This document shows, piece after piece, positions 20,000 through 32,000 of a stretch of 32,000 nt of DNA; positions within the stretch are counted from its first letter, which is position 1, and each line of letters begins with the position of its first letter. Origin of the DNA: Mycobacterium leprae TN. Lineage in GTDB: Bacteria > Actinomycetota > Actinomycetes > Mycobacteriales > Mycobacteriaceae. The notes beneath the pieces were generated by a model. It saw nothing but the letters and a program-made list of their open reading frames with translations. It was not told the DNA's origin and made no database searches. The translations under genes and the position numbers were made by a program. Where the stretch lies: assembly GCF_000195855.1 (NCBI RefSeq), contig NC_002677.1:990001-1022000 (forward strand), read 5' to 3'.

Positions 20000-21050
20000 G
20001 GGCCCAACTAGGGTTTACGTTGTCGGTGTTGGTATGACGAAGTTCGGGAAGTTCGGCCCTAGCGAGGGCTGGTACTATCCCTAGATGGCGAGGGAGTCGA
20101 GTTCAACGCGCTCAATGATGCTGGTATCGGCCACCGTGAGGTGCAGCAGGGCTATGTTGGCTAAGTAGCCGGTGACTCGACGTCCGGGCAGCGGGTGCTC
20201 TACGAGGCTGGGCATGACCAGTATGCTGATCGTCAACGTCAACAACTGCTCAACCAGTTCGACGGCGCTTTTTTGTGAGGTACAGGCCATCCGCGTTGGA
20301 GGCTCTAACTACATCATCATCATCATCGCGCTGGGCTTTGAGAATATGCAATCTGGCTCTTTGAATAGTGGTACCCAGGGCCGCGAATCGCCGATGGCCG
20401 AGATCGACGCGTTCGCGATGCCCCGTCACTCCATGGATGTTCGGTGCCGCGGGTCGCAGGCGTATGAGGGTAATATGACATCGCTGCGGAGCACTTCGCC
20501 AAGATAGGCTGCAAAGAACCGGAAGTACTCGGTGAACAACCCGTATTGCGTATTTCCATAGAGTCCTGCACGCCAGACGACATCCTAGCGGCGCTGATGA
20601 TCTCCGAACGCTCACTAAGCTGCAATGCTCACCGACATCGGGTGGTTCGGGCGCGGCAATCCTGGCTTCGGAGTCTTATGTAGACAAGCACGAGCTGGCC
20701 GGCCGAGCGTTGAAGATTGTCGGCCCGGCCATGACGACCGACTTCACATCGACCTTCGACGGTACCGCCAAGAGGCTTAACCGGCTTCGATATGAATGTT
20801 TATGCGGTGCAACAAGTTTATAACCAATCTGGACTTGTCTCCGAAGACTTCCAGGTGATCGAGCTGCACGACTACGTTTCGGCAAACGAGTTACTGTTCT
20901 ATGAAGCCCTAGGCTTGTGTGGCCCAGGTGAGGAGCCCAAGCTGATCGACAACGGTGACACCACTTATGACGGACGCTGGGTGGTGAATTCGTCCAGCGG
21001 CTTGATTTCCAACAGGGCATCCACTGGGGGTGACTGAATTGGGGCAATGC
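20000..21050 (+). pseudogene. ltp1: Thiolase / lipid-transfer acetyl-CoA acetyltransferase (Ltp1-like) remnant
   Basis: Fragments GYVGYVA-like start; VLYELG-like/GMTSMLIVNVNNCSTSSTALFCEVQAIRVGG...IIALGFENMQSGSL; [62 protein letters not shown]. Multiple frame breaks. Confidence 0.8.
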
Positions 21051-21299
21051 GCCGAACTACCCTGGAAGCTGAGAGGTACTGCCGACAAGCGACACGTTGA
21101 CAACGTGACCGCCGCACTGCAACAACATCGGGCTAGGTGGTGCCGTCGTCGATGCCGATCAGCGGGCCGACCGCTAAGCGCGATCGTAGCTAGGCTGTTT
21201 GTGCTGCGATCTGCCGCACCCGGTTCCAGTGCAGCGTGGGCTAAATCGACGCTAACGCGAAAATGAGCGATTAGACCTCGCGCTAACGTCAATGTCGGC

Positions 21300-21975
21300 A
21301 ACACTCACACCGCTAGCGACCAAGGTTCGGCTAGGTCACCACCCGGATCGCCCGGGTTGCCTAGTTCGACGGTGGTCGCCGCGGCGCTTGCTGATTCGAT
21401 TGCCGCCGAGATTATCCTGGCGGATTCGCGGCGGGCCAAGATCCGCACTCGCGAGTCAAGATTGATCCCGATGCTGGCGAAATAGCGCAGCATCTCGGGG
21501 TCGGCATCAGAGATGCGGGTTTACCGTCTTGACGTCTCCGTGGCTGCATGCCCAAGTTGACGTGGGGGCGGCCCCCCGTTGGCACATGCCTATCGGAGGT
21601 CGTTATCGGGCCACTGTGCGGGGCGTGCTGCGGGAACCCTAGCTTGGGTCGATGCGTTTTACCAGGCGATCTGATACTGTGTGCTCGAACACTTCAACCT
21701 CGTCGTGCACCTTGTCCCATGTGTAGCTAAGCTCACTGACTAGGAAGATCTCCAGCAGCTGATGCCGGCGGATCGTAGCCAGCGCTGCCTCGGTTCGGTC
21801 AAGGTCACGGTTCCAATACTTGACATACTTGATCACTCCACTGTTCGGTCAGCTTGTGGTGTAGAATTTGAAGCCGTGCTGGCCGGTACGCTGTTTTCTT
21901 GGCCAGCATCTGGGTGCTGGCCTTTTCCAGCGACCACTCTTGTCCAGTCCCGATGACTTTAACAATATGGTTCAT
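21300..21975 (-). pseudogene. sirR: DtxR/SirR-type iron-dependent repressor remnant
   Basis: Minus-strand fragments LATIRRHQLLEIFLVSELSYTWDKVHDEVEVFEHTVSDRLVKRIDPS and ISDADPEMLRYFASIGINLDSRVRILARRE...AIESASAAATTVELG. These are DtxR dimerisation and SH3-like parts in broken frames. Divergent from ribF as in M. tuberculosis. Confidence 0.8.
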
Positions 21976-22158
21976 GCACAACTACGGTTAGACGGCCCAG
22001 GCTCGTTGTTAGCTCTCACAGCGAAAATGTTTAGGCAACCTGGGGTAGGGAACTGACTGCTTGGGCGTCCCGCCCGGCAACCCTTGGTACAGCACGGATT
22101 AACTCGCAATTTGGATCTTGCACACCGGCGGATCATGGGGAGCCGTAGGCTTGCGATC

Positions 22159-23130
22159 GTGCAGCGGTGGCGGGGACAAGACGAGATCCCCACGGATTGG
22201 GGCAGATGCGTGCTTACTATCGGGGTGTTCGATGGTGTGCACCGCGGGCACACCGAGCTTATCGCACACACGGTGCAAACTGGCCGCGCACGCAACGTGC
22301 CTACCGTGTTGATGACGTTCGACCCGCACCCGATGGAAGTGGTCTATCCAGGCAGCCACCCGGCGCAGCTGACCACGTTGACCCGACGAGCTGAACTCAT
22401 CGAGGAGTTGGGCATCGACGTGTTCCTGGTGATGCCGTTCACGACCGATTTCATGAAACTCACCCCGGACCGCTACGTCCACGAGTTGCTGGTTGAACAC
22501 CTGCACGTGGTGGAGGTCGTGGTGGGGGAGAACTTCACCTTCGGCAAGAAAGCGGCCGGCAACGTCATCATGTTGCGTCGGGCCGGGCAGCGGTTTGGGT
22601 TTGCGGTCGGGTCGATGTCACTGTTGTCCGAACATCGCGGTAATGAGACCGTGGCGTTCTCATCGACCTACATCCGGTCCTGTGTGGACGCCGGTGACAT
22701 GATGGCGGCGACCGAAGCGCTGGGCCGCCCACACCGCGTCGAGGGGATGGTGGTCCGCGGCCAAGGCCGAGGCACTGAGCTTGGCTTTCCAACCGCGAAT
22801 GTGGCTTCGCCGATGTATTCGGCCACCCCAGCCGACGGTGTCTATGCCGCGTGGTTCACCGTGCTTGGGCACGGTCCGGTGACTGGTACCGTGGTCCCAG
22901 GTGAATGCTATCAGGCCGCAGTGTCTGTCGGGACCAATCCGACTTTTTCCGGACGCACCCGCACCGTAGAGGCGTTCGTTCTCGACGCCGTCGCCGACCT
23001 GTATGGACAGCATGTAGCGCTGGACTTCGTTGGGCGCATTCGTGGGCAACGAAAATTTGACTCGGTGGCCGATTTAGTCGCCGAGATGGAGAAGGACATT
23101 GACCGGGCGCGGGCCCTGCTGGCTGATTGA
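22159..23130 (+). CDS. ribF: Bifunctional riboflavin kinase/FAD synthetase
   Basis: CVLTIGVFDGVHRGHTELI...VLMTFDPHPMEVV...LVMPFTTDFMKLTP...FTFGKKAAGN...SSTYIRSCVDAGDM...GFPTANV...YAAWF...VSVGTNPTFSG. GTG start at 22159 (VQRWRGQDEIP) is likely; ORF is open from 22084. Confidence 0.93.
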   Translation: MQRWRGQDEIPTDWGRCVLTIGVFDGVHRGHTELIAHTVQTGRARNVPTVLMTFDPHPMEVVYPGSHPAQLTTLTRRAELIEELGIDVFLVMPFTTDFMKLTPDRYVHELLVEHLHVVEVVVGENFTFGKKAAGNVIMLRRAGQRFGFAVGSMSLLSEHRGNETVAFSSTYIRSCVDAGDMMAATEALGRPHRVEGMVVRGQGRGTELGFPTANVASPMYSATPADGVYAAWFTVLGHGPVTGTVVPGECYQAAVSVGTNPTFSGRTRTVEAFVLDAVADLYGQHVALDFVGRIRGQRKFDSVADLVAEMEKDIDRARALLAD

Positions 23131-23247
23131 CTGGCCTTAGTTCGGCGAGCTGCTAAACTGCCGGACGACATCGGTGCGTGCTGCGGTTCGCGGTGGCCGC
23201 GCAGCAGTACTGTCCATGATCGCGGACCAATTGATGGAGATGTTTTC

Positions 23248-23517
23248 GTGGCGCTGACAAGCGAGCAGAAAAAAGAAATTTTGAGTTCCTACGGCCTGCA
23301 TGCCACCGATACCGGGTCCCCGGAGGCGCAAATCGCGTTGTTGACCAAGCGGATTGCGGACCTGACTGAGCACCTCAAGGTACACAAACACGATCATCAC
23401 TCGCGGCGCGGGTTGCTGCTGCTGGTCGGGCGCCGGCGGCGGCTGATCAAGTACCTATCGCTGATCGATGTGCAGCGTTATCGCTCGCTGATCGAGCGGC
23501 TTGGTCTGCGCCGCTGA
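23248..23517 (+). CDS. rpsO: 30S ribosomal protein S15
   Basis: 89 aa, [70 protein letters not shown]. Confidence 0.98.
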   Translation: MALTSEQKKEILSSYGLHATDTGSPEAQIALLTKRIADLTEHLKVHKHDHHSRRGLLLLVGRRRRLIKYLSLIDVQRYRSLIERLGLRR

Positions 23518-23838
23518 CCCGCGGTGCGGGGGATCGGTTCCTATTTATGTAGCGTTAGTGACCCGTGTAGAGTGAGGTAGTTCTGGGCCGGTTCGGTCCA
23601 AGCAAGTGGTGTGGTTCTCGCAAATCCGCGTGTTCCGCTCCAGTGTGTCACTGTGTAAGTCCGAGGGCGCTGCTCTGTCTGTATCGGGCGGTCTTCGGTA
23701 GTGGCTGTCGGGCTCTCCGGATCTGGAGCAGGTCGGCCGCTTCGATCGATGGCCGTAGTCGTATTCAGACTGTGCTCTCCGGGATTGCGTGCGTGGCGCC
23801 GAAACAGATTAATAACGAGAGAGGCTGTGCGGACGGTT

Positions 23839-26160
<2,322 letters not shown>

Positions 26161-26185
26161 CCCCGGAGCTAAGGGTAAGGGTGCC

Positions 26186-27523
26186 TTGCGGCGGAGCAAG
26201 CAGGGCGCCGAGGGGAAGGCGGAAAAGAAGGCCGCACGATCGGCTGGAGTGTGTCGCACCACACTGCCAGGCGGTCTTCGTGTGGTCACCGAACACTTAC
26301 CCGCGGTGCGCTCGGCGTCTGTCGGGGTCTGGGTGGGTGTCGGATCCCGTGATGAGGGTGCCACCGTGGCCGGGGCGGCGCACTTCCTTGAGCATCTGCT
26401 GTTCAAATCGACATCGACACGCACGGCCATGGATATTGCGCAGGCTATAGACGCTGTCGGTGGGGAGCTGAACGCGTTCACCGCCAAGGAGCACACCTGT
26501 TACTACGCACACGTGCTTGACAGCGACTTGGAACTGGCCGTCGACCTGGTCGCCGATGTCGTACTCAATGGTCGTTGCGCCGTTGACGATGTTGAGTTGG
26601 AACGTGACGTTGTGCTTGAGGAGATCGCGATGCGTGACGATGATCCCGAGGATGCGCTGGGTGACATGTTCTTAGCGGCGTTGTTCGGTGACCACCCGGT
26701 GGGGCGTCCAGTGATCGGCACTATGGAATCCGTGTCGGCGATGACGCGGACCCAACTGCACTCCTTTCATGTGCGGCGTTACACACCGGAACGGATGGTC
26801 GTTGCGGTGGCCGGAAACGTCGACCACGATGAGATGGTCGCGTTGGTGCGTGAGCATTTTGGGTCGCGTTTGATTCGCGGGCGCCAGTCAGCACCGCCGC
26901 GCAAGAGCACTGGAAGAATCAACGGCGGCCCCGCATTGACGCTGGGCAAGCGGGACGCCGAGCAGACCCACGTGTTGTTGGGGGTACGCACTCCTGGCCG
27001 CAGTTGGGAACATCGTTGGGCACTGTCGGTGTTGCACACTGCACTGGGCGGAGGCCTGAGCTCTCGTCTATTCCAAGAGATTCGCGAGACCCGCGGACTG
27101 GCCTACTCAGTGTATTCCGCGCTGGACATCTTCGCCGATAGTGGTGCGCTGTCCGTGTATGCTGCGTGTCTTCCTGGGCGTTTCGCCGACGTAATGCAGG
27201 TAATCAGCGAGGTGCTTGCGTCGGTGGCGGGTGATGGCATCACCGAAGCGGAGTGCCGTATTGCCAAGGGCTCTTTGCGCGGAGGGATCATCCTGGGATT
27301 GGAGGATTCCAATTCTTGGATGAGCCGGCTTGGTCGCAGCGAATTGAACTACGGCAAGTACCGCGGTATCGAGCATACCTTGCAGCAAATCGATGAGGTC
27401 ACCGTCGAGCAGGTCAACGCGCTTGCTCACCAGCTGTTGAACAAGCGCTACGGTGCCGCTGTTCTGGGTCCGTATGCGTCGAAAAAAACTCTGCCACGAC
27501 AACTTCGGATAATGGTAAATTAA
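26186..27523 (+). CDS. pepR: M16-family zinc protease (PepR-like)
   Basis: Inverted zinc motif HFLEH in GAAHFLEHLLFKST, plus GGELNAFTAKEHTCYYAHVL and GGLSSRLFQEIRETRGLAYSVYS. ORF is open from 25988. TTG at 26186 or ATG at 26138 are candidate starts. Confidence 0.93.
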   Translation: MRRSKQGAEGKAEKKAARSAGVCRTTLPGGLRVVTEHLPAVRSASVGVWVGVGSRDEGATVAGAAHFLEHLLFKSTSTRTAMDIAQAIDAVGGELNAFTAKEHTCYYAHVLDSDLELAVDLVADVVLNGRCAVDDVELERDVVLEEIAMRDDDPEDALGDMFLAALFGDHPVGRPVIGTMESVSAMTRTQLHSFHVRRYTPERMVVAVAGNVDHDEMVALVREHFGSRLIRGRQSAPPRKSTGRINGGPALTLGKRDAEQTHVLLGVRTPGRSWEHRWALSVLHTALGGGLSSRLFQEIRETRGLAYSVYSALDIFADSGALSVYAACLPGRFADVMQVISEVLASVAGDGITEAECRIAKGSLRGGIILGLEDSNSWMSRLGRSELNYGKYRGIEHTLQQIDEVTVEQVNALAHQLLNKRYGAAVLGPYASKKTLPRQLRIMVN

Positions 27524-27559
27524 CTGGATGGTACTGGTTTTCTGAGACATCGCAGTGAG

Positions 27560-28550
27560 GAACATTGTGAGCGCTCCAATGTTCGGTGCCCTGGTCTCTC
27601 CACGTTGGCCGCGGCGGTGTCCAATGTGGACGGGCTCGGCTTCATTCCCGCCGGCTACCTGAGTTTGGAGTGGTTTGCTGACTAAATCACCACCAGGCGC
27701 ACCGGCCACCACCGGTCCTCTTGGTGTGAACTTTTTGTGCCTCAACCTAGTGTTGCCGACTTGGTGTAGCTCGAGTAGCTACGCAGAAGAATTGGAGGAG
27801 GTCGCCGAGCATTACTAGGTGGAAGTCAGTCAGCCCCATGTCGGTGACAACGACTACTGAGAGCGCAAGTTCGAGGTGGTGGCCGGCGTACGCCCAGAGT
27901 TGGTGTCGTTCACGTTCGGTGTGCCATTCCCGGATGTCATCCGGCAGTGGGACGCCCCTGGTACTGTTGGTGATGGTTGCCGGTGACGTAGGGGCCCTAC
28001 GGGGCGGGAGTGGCTGACTCCGCCGGCGCAGACAGCCTGGTGGTCCAGAATCCCGGTGTCGGCGGGAACCGTGGCATGCTCGTGGTGGACATGGAGCCCA
28101 GTGCCGAGCCACTACTCGAGCGAATCGATAGCGCACACGATGTACCGATCACCGCAGCAGACTGCCTGGGCGCCGTCGACGTCACTGGCATATTGCGCAG
28201 GGGAACGGTGGGCCGGCAGGTCGCTACCGCGCTGTTGAGCGACGAAGCTGGCACCAGCTTTGCGCTAAATCATCCGCTGTTCGATAAAACTGTCGTGACG
28301 TGAGTGTTCTTCGATAAGTATGCGCGTTGGTCTGGTGAATGAATTCACCCTATTGCTGGATCACGTGGCGTTAGAGTATTCCCCAGTAAACCAGATGACG
28401 TCACCCATACGGCGCCCGCGTTCGAATGGGATGATCCAAACAGGGCAAACCTGTGGACAGGAACGGTGTACAGGGAGACATGCTCTGGGCTAGTGGCTGA
28501 CATCAGCGCTTCGCTGGCTTCCGACGTGCGGTCAGCCGTAGCGCTACTGT
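27560..28550 (+). pseudogene. Nitronate monooxygenase (2-nitropropane dioxygenase family) remnant, Rv2781c-like
   Basis: Fragments VSNVDGLGFIPAGYLSLEWFAD; VSFTFGVPFPDVI; ADSAGADSLVVQNPGVGGNRG; VPITAADCLGAVDVTGILRRGTVGRQVATALLSDEAGTS; FDKTVVT; ARWSGE*IHPI. Frames are broken. Position downstream of pepR matches M. tuberculosis. Confidence 0.8.
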
Positions 28551-29032
28551 GAAAATTATTGCGCAGCTTGGTTGTGGCGCTCGCTAGGACAGAAACTAGG
28601 ACGAGGAAGAATCTGTGCCATCAATGTTGTGCCGGTGGGTGGCTGTTGGCTACTGTGCCAGTGCTAGCCTCCTGCGGACAAGTCCAGTTCACGGTGTGCT
28701 CGACGTTAAGGCCTCCCCAACGGGGCGGGTGCTGCAGAAAGTTGGGCACGACGAAATTTTATTTGCAGCAAGACATTTTTCACTGATCTGGCGGCGCTGC
28801 TCCCTTACTCTTCGGTGACGGTACCGCAGGCTGGCGACATCATGCCGTTGGCGCACCTGTGCATGGCCGCGCTGTAGCTTAGGGTTAGTTCGTTCCATCG
28901 TCGGCGATTGCACCCGGCTGGACCGGTGGGAGGTCGACCTCAACATGGCGCTTCCGGGTGATCTGCTCGACATCAGCACACCGTGGAAACTGGGCTGTAG
29001 TCCAATGCTTCCCTTGAACTGCAGGTTGCTGT

Positions 29033-29575
29033 CGTGTTTTGCTGTGTTGCGGGGTTTTTGTTGGTGGGTGGCTGACTGCCTGCTTTCGATGAGGCTTCGT
29101 GTGCTTTGCCGCAGTGGACACGATTAGCGCGGCGCACGTAAGCATGTCGGTGGTGGGTGCTGCTTGGTCTACATGTTGATGATGCCAGGGGCTGGGCACC
29201 TGGGCTGTGCTGAAGGCGATATCGATGCAGGCGTGGGTGTGAGGATAGTTGTTAGCGCCGCGGGGTAGGGGCGTTTTAGTGTGCATGTCATGGCCTTGAG
29301 GTGTCGGCGTGGTCAATGTGGCCGCACCTGAACAGGCACGTCCCCGTGCACGGTATAACTATTCGCACCTGATGTTATCCCTTGCACCATTTCTGCCGCT
29401 GGTATCGGTGTCGGCGGCTTGTTGACCGGCCCTCAGCCAGCAAGCAGGCATGCCGCCGGGTGCAGCAGTATCGTGTTAGTGAACAGTGCATCGATGATCC
29501 GGCCGTCGGCGGCACATACGGCAACCTTCTAGCGCAGATCAACCACCCACACCCCACCACAACACCACCACCCAA
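29033..29575 (+). repeat. RLEP dispersed repeat, copy 2
   Basis: Contains TGCATGTCATGGCCTTGAGG (about 29282-29301) and TTCTGCCGCTGGTATCGGTG (about 29391-29410), the RLEP primer sites. About 543 bp, inverted relative to copy 1. Confidence 0.93.
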
Positions 29576-29689
29576 ACCAAACCCAACATCAACAACACCC
29601 TACGGTCGTAGCAAGGAGCGATAACTGCCCTGCTTGAAAGGTCGGGGTCGTCGCACCAGTCGCCCACGGTGTCACCCGCGAGCCGAGCG

Positions 29690-30442
29690 CTACTTGCGGC
29701 GCACCGTGCGTTGCACGCCGCGCATCTTGCCGGCGTTGGGCAGCGGTCCCTTCGGTATAAGACTCGCACCAGCTCGCGATCCCAGTGCTGCCAGCCGCGA
29801 TTCCAGTATGTCGACTTGTTTTACGCTGATATTGGCAGGCAAGCGGGCGAGGTGGCGCTCCAACTTGACCAGCGCAACCTCACCGTCGCCGTTGCCGACT
29901 ATGATGTCGTAGATCGGTACGTCGCCGACCAAGCGTGCGGTGCGCTTCTTCTCCTGCGCTAACAGCGGTTTGACTCGGGCAGCCGATCCCTCGGCGACGA
30001 AGATTACGCCAGGACGGCCGATCACCCGATGCACCGCGTCAAAGTGGCCATTAGCGGCCACACCCGGGCTCACCCGCCACTTGCCACGCAGATTGTCCAG
30101 GGCCCATGCCGCTCCGCCGGTTTGGCCTTCGGCTTTGTGGTAGACCGATTGCTGGGTCCGTCGACCGAAGATGATGAACGCCACCAACGCGCCGAGCACC
30201 ACGCCGAGCAGGATCAAGGTGATCATGGTCAATCCGCCGACTAGAACTCCTGCCGTCACCGAGGCGCTCACCATCAAGGAGAAGGCGGCAATCATGTACG
30301 GTATCAGTCGCTTGTCTTCCGTGCGTTGAATCGTGAACGCCTGCCACAACTGAAGGCGGCGTTGTCGAGACGCGGCCTTACGGGCAGCTTTCGCCTCCGC
30401 TCTCGCGGCCTTGTGCGCAGCGGCATTTCGGGGTTTAGCCAT
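29690..30442 (-). CDS. Conserved membrane protein, DUF4191 type (Rv2219-like)
   Basis: 250 aa from MAKPRNAAAHKAARAEAKAARK. Two TM segments, then LDNLRGKWRVSPGVAANGHFDAVHRVIGRPGVIFVAEGSAARVKPLLAQEKKR. Confidence 0.88.
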   Translation of the reverse strand: MAKPRNAAAHKAARAEAKAARKAASRQRRLQLWQAFTIQRTEDKRLIPYMIAAFSLMVSASVTAGVLVGGLTMITLILLGVVLGALVAFIIFGRRTQQSVYHKAEGQTGGAAWALDNLRGKWRVSPGVAANGHFDAVHRVIGRPGVIFVAEGSAARVKPLLAQEKKRTARLVGDVPIYDIIVGNGDGEVALVKLERHLARLPANISVKQVDILESRLAALGSRAGASLIPKGPLPNAGKMRGVQRTVRRK

Positions 30443-30468
30443 AGTTATCAAGAATACGTAGGTGCGGC

Positions 30469-31413
30469 TTAACGGGATACCGAGGTACCGACGGTCCGGG
30501 TGCCTGCAGCCTGCTCGTAGAGCCGACCGGCGCGATACGATGACCGCACCAGCGGCCCGCCCAGCACACCCGAGAAGCCCAAACCTTCGGCGTATTGCGT
30601 GTACTCGACGAACTCCTCAGGCCTGACCCAGCGCTCGACCGGGTGGTGGCGCATCGACGGACGCAGATATTGGGTGATGGTGACGATGTCGCAGCCGGTT
30701 TTGCGCAAATCGGCCAGGGCAGTGCGCACCTCATCAGCGGTTTCGCCTAGGCCGAGGATCAGGTTGCTTTTGGTGACCAGGCCGGCCTCGCGCGCTGCAG
30801 TGAGCACGTCCAGGCTGCGTTGGTAGGTGAAAGCAGGCCGAATCCGTTTAAAGATGCGTGGCACGGTTTCGACGTTGTGCGCCAACACTTGTGGGCGTGA
30901 GTCGAAGACTTCCGCCAGTCGCGCGGGCTGCCCGTTGAAGTCCGGAATCAACAGTTCGACCCCGGTCGACGGATTGAGCTCTTTAATGGCTCGCACGGTT
31001 GTGGCGTACAGCCAGGCACCGCCGTCGGGCAAGTCGTCGCGGGCGACCCCAGTGACGGTGGTATACCGCAGCCCCATGGTTTGCACGCTCTCGGCGACCC
31101 GTCGGGGCTCGTCGCGGTCCAACGCAGCCGGCTTCCCGGTGTCGATCTGGCAGAAGTCGCACCGGCGGGTGCACTGATCACCACCGATCAGAAAGGTGGC
31201 TTCCCGATCTTCCCAGCATTCGAAGATGTTGGGGCAACCGGCCTCTTCGCAGACCGTGTGCAGAGCAACACGGCGGACCAGGTTTTTTAGCGCGGTGTAC
31301 TCTGGTCCCATGCGGGCCCGGGTTTTGATCCATGGCGGCTTGCGCTCGATCGGGGTCTGTGCGTTGCGCACTTCTAATCGCAGTAAGCGGCAGTCTTCGG
31401 GCGCAACAGTCAC
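30469..31413 (-). CDS. lipA: Lipoyl synthase (radical SAM)
   Basis: [41 protein letters not shown], i.e. auxiliary CxxxxCxxxxxC cluster plus CxxxCxxC radical SAM motif. GTG start at 31413 overlaps the end of lipB by 4 bp. Confidence 0.97.
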   Translation of the reverse strand: MTVAPEDCRLLRLEVRNAQTPIERKPPWIKTRARMGPEYTALKNLVRRVALHTVCEEAGCPNIFECWEDREATFLIGGDQCTRRCDFCQIDTGKPAALDRDEPRRVAESVQTMGLRYTTVTGVARDDLPDGGAWLYATTVRAIKELNPSTGVELLIPDFNGQPARLAEVFDSRPQVLAHNVETVPRIFKRIRPAFTYQRSLDVLTAAREAGLVTKSNLILGLGETADEVRTALADLRKTGCDIVTITQYLRPSMRHHPVERWVRPEEFVEYTQYAEGLGFSGVLGGPLVRSSYRAGRLYEQAAGTRTVGTSVSR

Positions 31414-32000
31414 AGTGTCGATGTTACGCTGGCAGGAGTGGACAGCCAGCTCAGGGCTAACCAACCGTCCAAAGCGTCGTTGACGGCCTCGGCGATCGCT
31501 GAGCGGACATCGTTGACGGCAACGGTGCGTCCGAGTTCGGCGGACAACGATGTCACCCCGGCGTCGCTGATGCCGCAAGGTACGATGGCGTGGAAGGCGT
31601 CCAGATCGCACTGGCAATTAAGCGCGAATCCGTGCATCGTCGTCGCACGTGACACCCGGACGCCGATAGCGGCGATTTTGCGCGCAGGCTGACCGGCACT
31701 GCCCGGCACCCAGATCCCGGAGCGGCCGTTGACTCGGCTGGTGTCCAGGCCCAGTTCCGCACAGACCTTGATCAATGCTTCCTCGAGGCGTCGAACATAG
31801 TTGACTACGTCGAGCGGCTCGGCAAGCCCAATGATCGGGTAGCCGACCAACTGCCCTGGGCCATGCCAGGTGATCTTGCCTCCGCGGTCGGTTTCCACAA
31901 CGGGAACGCCGTGCAGCGACGGGTTTGGTCGTTCGTGTGGCTGAGTTCGCCGTCCGGCGGTGTAGACTGGCGGGTGCTGCAGTAGCAGCAGCGTGTCGGG
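31410..32000 (-). CDS. lipB: Octanoyl-(acyl carrier protein) transferase LipB (5' end outside the window)
   Basis: [18 protein letters not shown]...[27 protein letters not shown]...[51 protein letters not shown]. Frame is open to the window end. Confidence 0.95.
   Translation of the reverse strand, partial: PDTLLLLQHPPVYTAGRRTQPHERPNPSLHGVPVVETDRGGKITWHGPGQLVGYPIIGLAEPLDVVNYVRRLEEALIKVCAELGLDTSRVNGRSGIWVPGSAGQPARKIAAIGVRVSRATTMHGFALNCQCDLDAFHAIVPCGISDAGVTSLSAELGRTVAVNDVRSAIAEAVNDALDGWLALSWLSTPASVTSTL

Noticed and set aside
28560-28880. Possible lipoprotein-like fragment (ATVPVLASCGQVQF... / TDLAALLPYSSVTVPQAGDIMPLAHLCMAAL*)
   Set aside because: Looks like decayed coding DNA, but I do not recognise the family and the frames are inconsistent.
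28885-29316. 143-aa ORF on the minus strand overlapping RLEP copy 2
   Set aside because: The repeat-derived segment is identical to that of copy 1, with a random flanking extension.

Overview
The window matches a Mycobacterium leprae-like chromosome segment: intact genes sit among heavily decayed pseudogenes, and there are two copies of the RLEP repeat. The most notable functional locus (about 5.7-11.8 kb) is a family 2A encapsulin shell gene (35-kDa major membrane protein I type). It is followed by a SufS-like cysteine desulfurase with a ~225-aa low-complexity N-terminal extension, which is the probable encapsulin cargo. This pair is divergently oriented to a compact operon encoding a TQxA/thioester-like domain protein, cysK and cysE. 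Immediately beside it (about 2.8-5.7 kb) I read the remains of a complete methionine-salvage cluster, mtnA-mtnB-mtnD-mtnC, which has not been called by any intact ORF. A perfect 60-bp palindrome lies at the mtnD/mtnC junction. Other intact loci: dnaG 3' end, tRNA-Asn, a small membrane-associated protein (Rv2342-like), narK, an ECF transporter pair, ribF, rpsO, pnp/gpsI, an M16 zinc protease, a DUF4191-type membrane protein, lipA and lipB (partial). Pseudogenes recognised: mez, lppP, acyl-CoA oxidase, ltp1-like thiolase, sirR and nitronate monooxygenase. The two RLEP copies (about 19.1-19.65 kb and 29.03-29.58 kb) are inverted relative to each other and lie where gene order changes relative to M. 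tuberculosis, so they probably mark rearrangement junctions.
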